Assembly (NCBI GenBank): GCA_035646815.1
Contig: DASRON010000014.1
Location: 1 to 63,180 of the forward strand
DNA from: Patescibacteria group bacterium
GTDB taxonomy: Bacteria; Patescibacteriota; Microgenomatia; Levybacterales; UBA12049
Direction: 5' to 3'
Length of the DNA stretch: 63,180 nt
Shown here: piece by piece, positions 8,786 to 17,861 of the stretch
How the letters are laid out: every line of letters begins with the position of its first letter
Position numbering within the stretch: position 1 is the first letter of the stretch
Made by a program: the position numbers and the translations under genes
Notes under the pieces: model-generated
What the model was told of the DNA's origin: nothing
Database searches by the model: none
What the model saw: only the letters and a program-made list of their open reading frames with translations

Positions 8786-11123
8786 TAATATCCAAAGTAA
8801 TTTTTATTTTATTAGGATCTCTAGGCAGGAACTTTGGTATTAAAGGAAGTCTTGGAAAAAGACTAATTGTAGTATTTGTTACTTGTGGAAAGTTTTTAAA
8901 CATATTTTCTGCATCTGAGATAGATTTTCCACTAACTTCTTTAATCATCTTTTCTTGATCAATTTCAGGCATAAGTGTTGCCTTAATGTTTAAGTTTGCA
9001 GAGATAGCATCATCTCCATCTTTTTTACTATCCTTTACTTCTACATCGATATTGTCTTTGCTGATGATAAGTCCTTGTGGAATTTTACTTTTTAAAAGTA
9101 ATTCTGCAAAAGAAACAAGATCGTCTTTTTTATAAGAAAGAGCTTGATAATTCACGGTTCCTTTAATAGTTAATTTATCAGCTTCTTCATCTATGTCTTT
9201 ACTTAAATCTTTTTTAGAAACTAAAGCGTCTACAAAAACTGGAAGAAGTATTTTATCTTCAGAAATTTTATTATTTAATTCTTCCTTTGCCTTATCCTCA
9301 AGTTCTTTTATTAAGTCATTCTCAGCACGAACTACATCTTCTTTTGATACAACAGTTACTTCTTTTTTGTCTCCTCCTGAAAATGGATCGTCATTTTTCC
9401 CAATAATGTCTCCTGTGCTAAGGTTTGCAACTGAAAATTTTGTACCTGCGGGAAGATTATATTCTTTTCCTATTTCTCCTGCGGTAACTTCAATAGTTGC
9501 TGTAGTTGGCTGAGCGCTTGCATCTGCAGATGCAGATGCAATATTAACAGAATCATCTACTGTAAACTGAATATCATTTGGTGCGCCTATCACAGTTCCT
9601 GATTTAATAGTTGTTTCTTTTGTAAAGCGACTATAGAGAGTTATTTTTCCTTTTGCTTTTTCTCCTACTTCTTTTTTGCCGCTAACTGTTATAGTAGTCG
9701 ATCCGTCTTCTGAGATTGTTGTGAAAACACCCGCAATAATATTTTTGGAAACATCTGTTTTAGAAGAAGTAGAAAATGTTGCAGACTGTTTTATTTCTTC
9801 TATTTTTGGATCAATACTTAAAATAATATTTGCTCTTAAGGCAAAAAGATAATAAATAAAGAATATAATTAAAAGAATTATAATAATACCGGGAATTAAA
9901 AACATTTTATTTCCACGAATTATAGGAAAAAGATTAATGATAGATCTCGTTATTTCTTTTAAGCTTGCAAAAACAGATTCTTTTATAAAAGAAATACTTG
10001 ATAAAAAGTTTGGATGAGAGCTTTTTCTAGTGTCTTCTTCTGTAAATTCCGGAAAAGGTTTTCTAGTGTCTTCTTCTAAGACAGCGGTCTTAGGTTCTTC
10101 TCTTTTTTCATCTTTTATAGTGCTAATTGTTTCAACTTTTAATTCTTCATCGTCTTTTTTCTCTTCGATTAAATTATCTTTTGCAATATCTTTTTCTCCA
10201 AAACCAAAGTGATTTGCAGGAAAGGCCTTTTCTTCGTAGATTTTGTCTTCTATTGTTTTCTCTTCTTCTGGGAGTTTTTCTACCTCTTTTATCTCCTCTG
10301 GTTTTATCATTTCCTGTTTAGTTAATTCAGGAATATCATCTGCTTTTTTATATTCCATTATTCCTGGAGAAACAGCAAGACCCATCTGTTTTGCAGCACC
10401 ATTTATAACTGCCTTAATATCATAATTTGAAGCAAGTGTTAAGATTTGAGGAAGGTGAAGAAATGATAAGCTCTTACTCCACTGGTGTTTTATAAATTCC
10501 TGAGAAAGTTCTTTCTCTTGATCTGTAAAAATAATTACCCTTGAGGGAAGAATTTCTGGAACTTCAAAGTGTTTAAGAAGTGTATCTACAGTAAAGCTTG
10601 CTGATTCATGAATTTTTGATGCTTTTGCCTCCAGGATTTTACTTGCTTTTACCAAAGAAACTACAGTATTTTCTTTACTTATTTGGGCAAAAATAGTTGA
10701 GACTGGAGCACCTTCTTCTTTTTGAACAAGAGAAATAATTGCCTCAACAATTACTAAAAAACCAATTGGTTCAAGACTTAATTCATCACTTACTTTTTTT
10801 AATTTATCAAGATAGTCCTTTTTAACCTTATTGTCTTCAACCCAGTTTTCTTTTAAGGCAAAGATGGTTTTTTGAGTTTCAATATTTTCAGGAAGGGAAG
10901 TTTCTGCTCTTGATATCGCTTTGTCACAAATATTAAGTAATTCTTCAGAGGAAACATCTTCTATGGATTCTGAAAAATATTCTTCTCCTGATCCTACTAT
11001 TTTTATTACACCTGATAGCGTTTCGAAAACAACACCTATTGCTTTTTCATCCCTTAAGATTAAGGCAAGAAAATATTGTGGTTTTTCTTTTTTTTCAAAA
11101 AAAGAAAGGGAAGGTATTTTCAT
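8778..11123 (-). CDS. large single-pass membrane protein of unknown function
   Basis: 781 aa. About 250 aa of soluble N-terminal domain, an acidic Glu/Lys linker with an internal duplication, a TM helix (FLIPGIIIILLIIFFIYYLFAL), and about 350 aa of extracytoplasmic beta-rich domain. 8-nt overlap with the sortase gene. Confidence 0.75.
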   Translation of the reverse strand: MKIPSLSFFEKKEKPQYFLALILRDEKAIGVVFETLSGVIKIVGSGEEYFSESIEDVSSEELLNICDKAISRAETSLPENIETQKTIFALKENWVEDNKVKKDYLDKLKKVSDELSLEPIGFLVIVEAIISLVQKEEGAPVSTIFAQISKENTVVSLVKASKILEAKASKIHESASFTVDTLLKHFEVPEILPSRVIIFTDQEKELSQEFIKHQWSKSLSFLHLPQILTLASNYDIKAVINGAAKQMGLAVSPGIMEYKKADDIPELTKQEMIKPEEIKEVEKLPEEEKTIEDKIYEEKAFPANHFGFGEKDIAKDNLIEEKKDDEELKVETISTIKDEKREEPKTAVLEEDTRKPFPEFTEEDTRKSSHPNFLSSISFIKESVFASLKEITRSIINLFPIIRGNKMFLIPGIIIILLIIFFIYYLFALRANIILSIDPKIEEIKQSATFSTSSKTDVSKNIIAGVFTTISEDGSTTITVSGKKEVGEKAKGKITLYSRFTKETTIKSGTVIGAPNDIQFTVDDSVNIASASADASAQPTTATIEVTAGEIGKEYNLPAGTKFSVANLSTGDIIGKNDDPFSGGDKKEVTVVSKEDVVRAENDLIKELEDKAKEELNNKISEDKILLPVFVDALVSKKDLSKDIDEEADKLTIKGTVNYQALSYKKDDLVSFAELLLKSKIPQGLIISKDNIDVEVKDSKKDGDDAISANLNIKATLMPEIDQEKMIKEVSGKSISDAENMFKNFPQVTNTTISLFPRLPLIPKFLPRDPNKIKITLDING
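10023..10077 (-). repeat. 19-nt direct repeat with a 36-nt period inside the 781-aa gene
   Basis: TTTTCTAGTGTCTTCTTCT occurs at 10023-10041 and 10059-10077 (plus strand). It encodes the duplicated peptide EEDTRK. Confidence 0.9.
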
Positions 11124-11124
11124 A

Positions 11125-12936
11125 TTAAAAATTTACTTTTGCGTATATTCTTTTTAATCCGTGTCCTATATTTTCCTGCTTTATTATTTTAAACCTTTTT
11201 AGCTTCCCTGTAAAATCAACATGTGGTCCTCCGCAAATTTCTTTTGAATAATCTCCAATAGAATATACTTTTATTTTATCTTCATACTTTTTATTAAAGA
11301 GTCCTACAGCACCAAGTTCTTTTGCTTTTTCAAGTGGCATAATTTCAAATTTAACTGGTAAATTTTCTTTAATCTTTTCATTTACTATTTCCTCAATTTT
11401 TCCAAGCTCTTCATTGGTTAATCTTTGGTCAAAATTAAAATCAAACCTTACTCTTTCATTTGTAATATTTGATCCTGATTGATTTACTTTTTCTCCCAAT
11501 ATGTCTTTTAAAGCTTTATGAAGTAAATGAGTCACAGTATGTCCCATAACGGTTTGTTCTTCTGAGTCTGCTAGGCCTCCTTTAAACATACCAGAAGAAG
11601 CAGTTCTTGATAATTCTTTGTGTTTTTCAAATTCTTTTTTAAATTCATCAACATTTACTTTTTGCTTTTTTTTCTTCATCAGTTCAATTGTTATTTCTAG
11701 AGGAAAACCATAAGATTGATAGAGATCAAATGCCTCTTTGCCTGTCATTTTTTCCGTTTTTTCAATAATCCTAAGTCCCTTATCTAGGCTTTTACCAAAG
11801 CGGATAAGTTCACCAAAGAGGACTTCTGAGACTATTTTTAAATCTCTTGTTTTTTCTATTCTTTCAGGTTCAACTTCTTGCTCTATATTTAAGATTTCAT
11901 CTGCAATTGTTTTAAATTCTTCCGTAGGAGTAAAGTTTTTGGTTAATTCATGATACTTAATAACAGAACGTCTTATGAGTCTTCTTAAAACATATCCCTG
12001 TTCTTTATTTGAAGGTTTTACGCCAGAGAGGATTATAAAAATAGATGCTTTTAAATGGTCTGCGATTATTCGCATTGCAGATTTATCCTCATCGTATTTT
12101 TTACCACTTAATTCTTCGATTTTTTTAATTGCAGGAAAGTATAGAGAAGTTTTGAAAATATCTTGTTCGTTTTCTGCCGCTGCCAAAAGTCTCTCAAGTC
12201 CTCCGCCAAAATCAACGTTTTTTTGCGGAAGTTCAGAAAATTCGTCTTTTGTTTTAATAAATTCCATAAATACGGAATTTCCAATTTCCATATATCTTCC
12301 GCAGTCACAGTTAATATGACATTTACTATCTTTATATTTACTTTCTTCATGAATTTTAGGATCAGAGAAATCATAAAAAACCTCAGAATCAGGTCCTCCT
12401 GGTTCACCGATAGGCATTTTAGAAGGAATACCTGATCTAGACCACCAATTTTTATCTACTCCGTAAAGAAAGATTTTATTTTTTGAATCAATTCCTTCTT
12501 TTGCAAAAATTTCTTTCCAGATATCTTCAGATTCTGTATCTTTTGAAACATTTTTATTTCCTTCAAACACACTTACGTAAAGTTTTTCCTTAGAAATTTT
12601 TAATTCTTTTGTTAAAAAATCCCAGAACCAAGGAAGTTGTTCTTTTTTAAAATAACTACCTAATGACCAGTTGCCAAGCATTCTAAAAAAAGTAGTGTGT
12701 CTGTTGTCTCCAACTTCTTCAATATCTTGACTTCTAAAAGAGTCCTGAGAATTAACTAGTCTTTTACCACTGGGATGAGATTCACCAAGAAGATACGGAA
12801 CTAGGGGTTGCATTCCTGAAGATGTAAAAAGAGTAGTTGGATCATTTTCTGGAACTAAAGGTGCATTTTCAATTTGCTTATGCTCTCTTTTTTCAAAGAA
12901 ACTAATATATTTTTTAATTATTTCAAAAGCTGTCAT
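11125..12936 (-). CDS. alaS: alanine--tRNA ligase, short form lacking the C-Ala/DHHA1 region
   Basis: N-terminus FFEKREHKQIENAPLVPENDPTTLFTSSGMQP. Editing-domain motifs HTVTHLLH and CGGPHV. Only 603 aa. Confidence 0.92.
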   Translation of the reverse strand: MTAFEIIKKYISFFEKREHKQIENAPLVPENDPTTLFTSSGMQPLVPYLLGESHPSGKRLVNSQDSFRSQDIEEVGDNRHTTFFRMLGNWSLGSYFKKEQLPWFWDFLTKELKISKEKLYVSVFEGNKNVSKDTESEDIWKEIFAKEGIDSKNKIFLYGVDKNWWSRSGIPSKMPIGEPGGPDSEVFYDFSDPKIHEESKYKDSKCHINCDCGRYMEIGNSVFMEFIKTKDEFSELPQKNVDFGGGLERLLAAAENEQDIFKTSLYFPAIKKIEELSGKKYDEDKSAMRIIADHLKASIFIILSGVKPSNKEQGYVLRRLIRRSVIKYHELTKNFTPTEEFKTIADEILNIEQEVEPERIEKTRDLKIVSEVLFGELIRFGKSLDKGLRIIEKTEKMTGKEAFDLYQSYGFPLEITIELMKKKKQKVNVDEFKKEFEKHKELSRTASSGMFKGGLADSEEQTVMGHTVTHLLHKALKDILGEKVNQSGSNITNERVRFDFNFDQRLTNEELGKIEEIVNEKIKENLPVKFEIMPLEKAKELGAVGLFNKKYEDKIKVYSIGDYSKEICGGPHVDFTGKLKRFKIIKQENIGHGLKRIYAKVNF

Positions 12937-12977
12937 GCTTAAATTATACCATGTAAAAAAGAGATAGTAGCTGGGGG

Positions 12978-13421
12978 TTATTCGATAAATTTTTCGCCGT
13001 TTAGTTTTCTTATTGAAGAATCTACTACTCTTTGCATTACAGTAATATCTTGTTTTGTTTGAGGGGAAAGTTTGAGTTTTAGAATTTCTCTAAGACTAAA
13101 CCATTTATAGAAGTAATCCTTACAATCATATGCTTCTGTTTTTTTAACTTTTACATAAGAAATATAATTATTCTTTTTAAGTTCTTCGTGGTAATAATCG
13201 TAAACAGAAAAAATAGATTTTAACTCTATGTCTAGGCAAAAAAGAACTGCTACAAGGCGTTTAAAAGCTTCTTTTTCTGTTTCATTTTTTAAGCTTTTCA
13301 CGTAAGGAAGAGACCAGTTAGAATTTGGGTCAGTCTGTTTTTGTTTTTGCAAGAGAATTTGTTGAGTTCTTGAGTGGTAAAGAAATCCACTTGCATAAAA
13401 ATCTTTATGCATTAGGTACAT
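12978..13421 (-). CDS. hypothetical protein, possibly a degenerate Nudix fold
   Basis: 147 aa. ASGFLYH...ILLQKQ...W.LP resembles a Nudix N-terminus, but the Nudix box is not intact (RLVAVLFCLD instead of REx2EE). Confidence 0.4.
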   Translation of the reverse strand: MYLMHKDFYASGFLYHSRTQQILLQKQKQTDPNSNWSLPYVKSLKNETEKEAFKRLVAVLFCLDIELKSIFSVYDYYHEELKKNNYISYVKVKKTEAYDCKDYFYKWFSLREILKLKLSPQTKQDITVMQRVVDSSIRKLNGEKFIE

Positions 13422-13512
13422 TATACCTTATTTTAAGGGAAAAATCTAGGTTAAGATAATTGCTAAGTTTAAAAAAATAGTTTTCATTATAAAAATATTG
13501 CTTGTAATTAAG

Positions 13513-13521
13513 TGGTATAAT
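13513..13521 (+). promoter_or_regulatory. extended -10 element (TGgTATAAT)
   Basis: TG at 13513-13514 and TATAAT at 13516-13521, 7 nt before the ATG at 13529. No Shine-Dalgarno. Confidence 0.5.
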
Positions 13522-13528
13522 TTTCTAT

Positions 13529-14284
13529 ATGTCTCAATATTATAATCCTAATCGAAAAAAATATTTATATAACCCCAACTCAACAGAATTATTTCGTTTG
13601 AGCAGAAGTAAGATTGATCTTTTTATAAATTGTCCCCGCTGTTTTTATTTAGATCGAAGATTAGGAGTCGGTCAGCCTCCAGGTTATCCTTTTTCATTAA
13701 ATTCTGCAGTAGATAAACTGTTAAAAAAAGAATTTGATATTCATAGAGCTAAAAAAACAGCACATCCCTTAATGACTGCTTATGGAATTGATGCAATACC
13801 TCTTGATCACGAGAAAATAGATGAGTGGAGAGATGCTATGAGGCGTGGAATAACTGCTAGAATTGACCATTCAAACGTTATTATTACAGGAGGAATAGAT
13901 GATGTTTGGATAAATTCAAAAGGGGAGTATTTGATTGTTGATTACAAGGCAACTTCTAAAGAAGAAGAAGTAACCTTAGATAAGGAATGGCAAGATGGAT
14001 ATAAAAGACAAATGGAGATATATCAATGGTTATTTAGAAAAAACGGCTATAAAGTGTCAGACACTGGATATTTTGTTTATTGCAATGGCATTACTGATAA
14101 AAAAGCATTTGATGCAAAACTAGAGTTTGATATAAAGATTTTGCCATACAAAGGAAGTGATTCATGGGTTGAAAAAACCATAAATGATGCAATTAATTGT
14201 TTAAAAGGAGATAAAATTCCAGAATCTGGAGAAGATTGTGATTATTGTAAATACAGAGAGGCAGTAAAAAACGTGGAGATTTAA
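13529..14284 (+). CDS. PD-(D/E)XK nuclease, Cas4/RecB-like with four Cys
   Basis: GGIDDVW...LIVDYKAT (D..D/ExK), QMEIYQWL, plus CPRC near the N-terminus and CDYC near the C-terminus (Fe-S type arrangement). Confidence 0.75.
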   Translation: MSQYYNPNRKKYLYNPNSTELFRLSRSKIDLFINCPRCFYLDRRLGVGQPPGYPFSLNSAVDKLLKKEFDIHRAKKTAHPLMTAYGIDAIPLDHEKIDEWRDAMRRGITARIDHSNVIITGGIDDVWINSKGEYLIVDYKATSKEEEVTLDKEWQDGYKRQMEIYQWLFRKNGYKVSDTGYFVYCNGITDKKAFDAKLEFDIKILPYKGSDSWVEKTINDAINCLKGDKIPESGEDCDYCKYREAVKNVEI

Positions 14285-14292
14285 TTTCCCTC

Positions 14293-14322
14293 TTGACAGG
14301 TAATATTTTTCTATGATATAGT
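14293..14322 (+). promoter_or_regulatory. sigma70-like promoter upstream of rpoB
   Basis: TTGACA (14293-14298), 18-nt spacer, TGaTATAGT (14314-14322). About 90 nt of leader before the ATG at 14416. Confidence 0.55.
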
Positions 14323-14415
14323 TTTATAACTTTATATAAAGGATTAAGAAAGAGGAGAGATCCTCAAGGCATTTTTTTTGTGTAAAACTTAAATCCTTCT
14401 AAAGATGACTCTCAG

Positions 14416-17400
14416 ATGCCAAAGGTTGATAATAAAACAAACAACAATTTAAGAGAAAACTGGGGTAAGAATTATAAACTACTGCCTACGTTAGATTTAC
14501 TTGCCACTCAGAAAAAATCCTATCAATGGTTCCTTGATCAAGGAATTGCAGAGGTGCTTCAAGAAATTTCTCCTATTGACGATTTTACAGAAAAGAACTG
14601 GACAATGGTTCTTAAGGATTACAGATTTGGAAAAATTTCTAATACTTCAGGTTTATGCCTTACTAAGGGACTCACCTACGATGCCCCTCTCTACGTAAAT
14701 GCCACATTAATAAATAAAAAAACAGATTCAAAATTAGAACAAGAAGTTTTCTTGGGAGATATGCCACAAATGACAGATCGTGGAACATTTGTAGTTAACG
14801 GAATTGAAAGAGCAGTTGTAAGTCAATTAGTTAGATCTCCAGGAGTTTTCTTTACTGCAAATCAAGACAATGTAACTGGAAAAACTCTACATACGGCAGA
14901 AATAAGGCCAGTTCATGGATCTTGGCTTGAATTTTCAACAACAAGACATGAAACAATAATGGTTAAAATTGACAGAAGAAGAAAGTTTCCCGCAACTACA
15001 TTTTTAAGAGCAATCGGAATTTCTTCAAACGATGAGATAAAACAGAAGTTTGGAGAATTGGAAGCAGATGGAGAAACTTCTTACATTGCAAATACTTTGA
15101 AAAAAGATGATACAGGTGATTCCGCAACAGCACTTGTTGAAATTTTTAGAAAAATGCATCCCGGAGAGCCTGTAGTTTTAGATAAAGTAAGAGAAAGTTT
15201 TAACGGAATGTTTTTTAATTCAAGAAGATATGATTTAGGAAATGTTGGAAGATACAAGATGAATAAAAAACTCAAGAATGTTGACGGATTTATTCCTGCA
15301 GGAGAAGATATAAAAACATTAGCCCTTGATGATATTGTTGCATCAATAAAATACTTAATAGGACTTTCAAGAGGTAAAAATGGGATAGACGATATCGATA
15401 GTCTTTCAAACAGAAGAGTTAGATGTGTAGGAGAGCTAGTTGCAAATACTGCTTTTAGAATTGGTGCTTTAAGACTTGAAAGATCGGTTAAAGAAAGAAT
15501 GAGTTTGATTCAGCTTGATCAACCAACTTCTATTGCAGGACTTATTAATGCAAGACCGATTATGGCATCTATTAATGAGTTTTTTAGAACCTCTCAGCTT
15601 TCAACCATTCTTGATCAAACAAATCCTCTTTCAGAAATAGACAACTTAAACAGACTTACAGTAATGGGAACTGGTGGAATTTCAAGAGAAAGAGCAGCTT
15701 TCTCAATTCGTGATATTAATTCATCTCAATATGGAAGAATTTGCCCAATAAGAAGCCCTGAGGGACCAAATATTGGACTTGTTACTTACCTTGCATTGTA
15801 TGCAAAAGTTAACCACTTTGGATTTTTAGAAACTCCATACAGAAGAGTAATTCATGAGAAAAAAGGTAAGAAAACCATAACAAGGGTAACAGAGGAACTT
15901 ATTTATCTTGATGCAGAAGATGAAAGAAATTATTACATCACTCATACAAGAGTTCTAGAAGATGACGGGACCATTGTGCATGTTCGTGTTCCAGCAAGAC
16001 ATAAGGGAGACTTTATTGAAACAGATAAGGAGAATATTGAATATATTGATATTGTTCCAAGACAAGTTGTTGGATCAGCAGCATCTTTAATTCCTTTTGT
16101 TTCGCATGATGAAGCAAACAGAGCTCTTATGGGAACTCACATGCAATGTCAAGCAGTTCCTCTTTTAAAACCTAAAAGTCCGATTGTAGGAACTGGTATG
16201 GAGAAAGAAATATCTCAAGTTATGAACAGGGTAATAAGAGCTCCTTTTGATGCAACTGTTATTTTTGCAGATGCAAATAGAGTAACAATTAAAGGAAAAG
16301 GTAAAAAAGAAGAAGAGACATATACGATTGATTCTTTTAAAAGAACTTCTCAGGCAACTGCATACACACAGAAAGCAATGGTTGTGACAGGACAAAAAGT
16401 TAAAAAAGGAGATTTATTAATTGATGGTCCAGCATCTCAAAATGGGGAACTTGCTTTGGGTCAAAATTTAATTATTGCTTATACTTCGTTTGATGGACTT
16501 GGATATGAAGATGCTATTGTTATTTCTGACAGACTTGTTAAAGAAGATGTTTTGTCATCTATCCATATTGAAAAATATGAAGCAGCAGTTGTTGAAACAA
16601 AACTTGGCCCTGAAGAAACAACCAGAGACATTCCAAATGTTTCAGAAGAAGATTTAGCAAATCTTGACGAGGAAGGAATTGTAGTTGTTGGATCAGAAGT
16701 TTCCTCAGGTGATATTATTGTTGGAAAAATTGCTCCAAAAGGAGAAACAGAACTTACTGCAGAAGAAAGACTTTTAAGAGCAATTTTTGGAGAGCAAGCA
16801 AGAGAAGTAAGAGATACTTCATTAAGAATGCCTCATGGAGAACGTGGAACTGTTATTAATGTACAAATTTTAGATCGAAAAAAAGGTGATGAGTTAGAGC
16901 CAGGAGCTTTAAGAAAAATTATTGTTGAAGTGGCACAGCTAAGACATGTAGTTGTTGGTGATAAGCTTGCTGGAAGACACGGAAACAAAGGAGTTATTTC
17001 AAAAATTCTTCCTGAAGTTGACATGCCACATCTTGTAGACGGAACACCAGTTGATATAATAATATCTCCTGTTTCCGTACTTGCTCGTATGAATTTAGGT
17101 CAGCTTTTAGAGGCTCATCTTGGAATTGCTGGATATAAATTAAATGATAAATACGCAATCCCTGTCTTTGAAAAAATAAAAGAAGAAAAAATTATAGATG
17201 CCTTAAAAAGAGCAGGTTTTCCAGTAAATGGAAAAGCATTGCTTTACGATGGAAGAACAGGAAAATCTTATGATAAGCCAGTAGTTGTTGGAATTGAATA
17301 CATGATGAAGTTAATACATATGGTAGAAGATAAAACCCATGCAAGATCAACTGGCCCGTATTCTTTAGTTACGCAACAGCCGTTAGGAGGAAAGGCACAA

Positions 17401-17859
17401 ATGGGTGGACAAAGACTTGGAGAAATGGAAGTTTGGGCACTTGAAGCACATAGAGCAAGATATACTTTACAGGAAATGTTAACAATTAAATCAGATGATG
17501 TTGTTGGACGTGCTAAAGCTTTTGAAGCAATTGTTAAAGGAACTGATATCCCAACACCAAAAGTACCAGAATCATTTAAGGTACTTATTAAAGAGCTTCA
17601 GGCACTTGGTTTAAATGTTATACCTATTGAGGCAAAAATTGCTGATAAGGATGATGTGGTGGAAGAAAAAGTAGAAGAGAAAAAAGTGGATAAAGATAAA
17701 GATGTGGTGGAAGAAAAAGTAGAAGAGCAAGCAAAAGAACTTGCTGAAGAGCTTGGAGCAGGCAATGTAAACGCAGAGGAAAAAGGAGTACATATTGGAG
17801 AAGTTACAGAAGAGAATATTACACAAGAAGTAACAGATAAAAAGGAGGTAAAAGAGTAA
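14416..17859 (+). CDS. rpoB: DNA-directed RNA polymerase subunit beta
   Basis: 1147 aa with canonical beta-subunit blocks (GTFVVNGIERAVVSQLVRSPGV, NMGQ-type LARMNLGQLLE, GGQRLGEMEVWALEA). Carries an acidic C-terminal tail. Confidence 0.98.
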   Translation: MPKVDNKTNNNLRENWGKNYKLLPTLDLLATQKKSYQWFLDQGIAEVLQEISPIDDFTEKNWTMVLKDYRFGKISNTSGLCLTKGLTYDAPLYVNATLINKKTDSKLEQEVFLGDMPQMTDRGTFVVNGIERAVVSQLVRSPGVFFTANQDNVTGKTLHTAEIRPVHGSWLEFSTTRHETIMVKIDRRRKFPATTFLRAIGISSNDEIKQKFGELEADGETSYIANTLKKDDTGDSATALVEIFRKMHPGEPVVLDKVRESFNGMFFNSRRYDLGNVGRYKMNKKLKNVDGFIPAGEDIKTLALDDIVASIKYLIGLSRGKNGIDDIDSLSNRRVRCVGELVANTAFRIGALRLERSVKERMSLIQLDQPTSIAGLINARPIMASINEFFRTSQLSTILDQTNPLSEIDNLNRLTVMGTGGISRERAAFSIRDINSSQYGRICPIRSPEGPNIGLVTYLALYAKVNHFGFLETPYRRVIHEKKGKKTITRVTEELIYLDAEDERNYYITHTRVLEDDGTIVHVRVPARHKGDFIETDKENIEYIDIVPRQVVGSAASLIPFVSHDEANRALMGTHMQCQAVPLLKPKSPIVGTGMEKEISQVMNRVIRAPFDATVIFADANRVTIKGKGKKEEETYTIDSFKRTSQATAYTQKAMVVTGQKVKKGDLLIDGPASQNGELALGQNLIIAYTSFDGLGYEDAIVISDRLVKEDVLSSIHIEKYEAAVVETKLGPEETTRDIPNVSEEDLANLDEEGIVVVGSEVSSGDIIVGKIAPKGETELTAEERLLRAIFGEQAREVRDTSLRMPHGERGTVINVQILDRKKGDELEPGALRKIIVEVAQLRHVVVGDKLAGRHGNKGVISKILPEVDMPHLVDGTPVDIIISPVSVLARMNLGQLLEAHLGIAGYKLNDKYAIPVFEKIKEEKIIDALKRAGFPVNGKALLYDGRTGKSYDKPVVVGIEYMMKLIHMVEDKTHARSTGPYSLVTQQPLGGKAQMGGQRLGEMEVWALEAHRARYTLQEMLTIKSDDVVGRAKAFEAIVKGTDIPTPKVPESFKVLIKELQALGLNVIPIEAKIADKDDVVEEKVEEKKVDKDKDVVEEKVEEQAKELAEELGAGNVNAEEKGVHIGEVTEENITQEVTDKKEVKE
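17653..17727 (+). repeat. 27-nt perfect direct repeat in the rpoB tail
   Basis: GATGTGGTGGAAGAAAAAGTAGAAGAG occurs at 17653-17679 and 17701-17727. It encodes DVVEEKVEE twice. Confidence 0.9.
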
Positions 17860-17861
17860 AA

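Noticed and set aside
8778-11123. The 781-aa protein as the substrate of the adjacent sortase.
   Set aside because: Its C-terminus (…KIKITLDING) has no LPXTG-like motif, hydrophobic stretch or basic tail, and its only TM helix is central.
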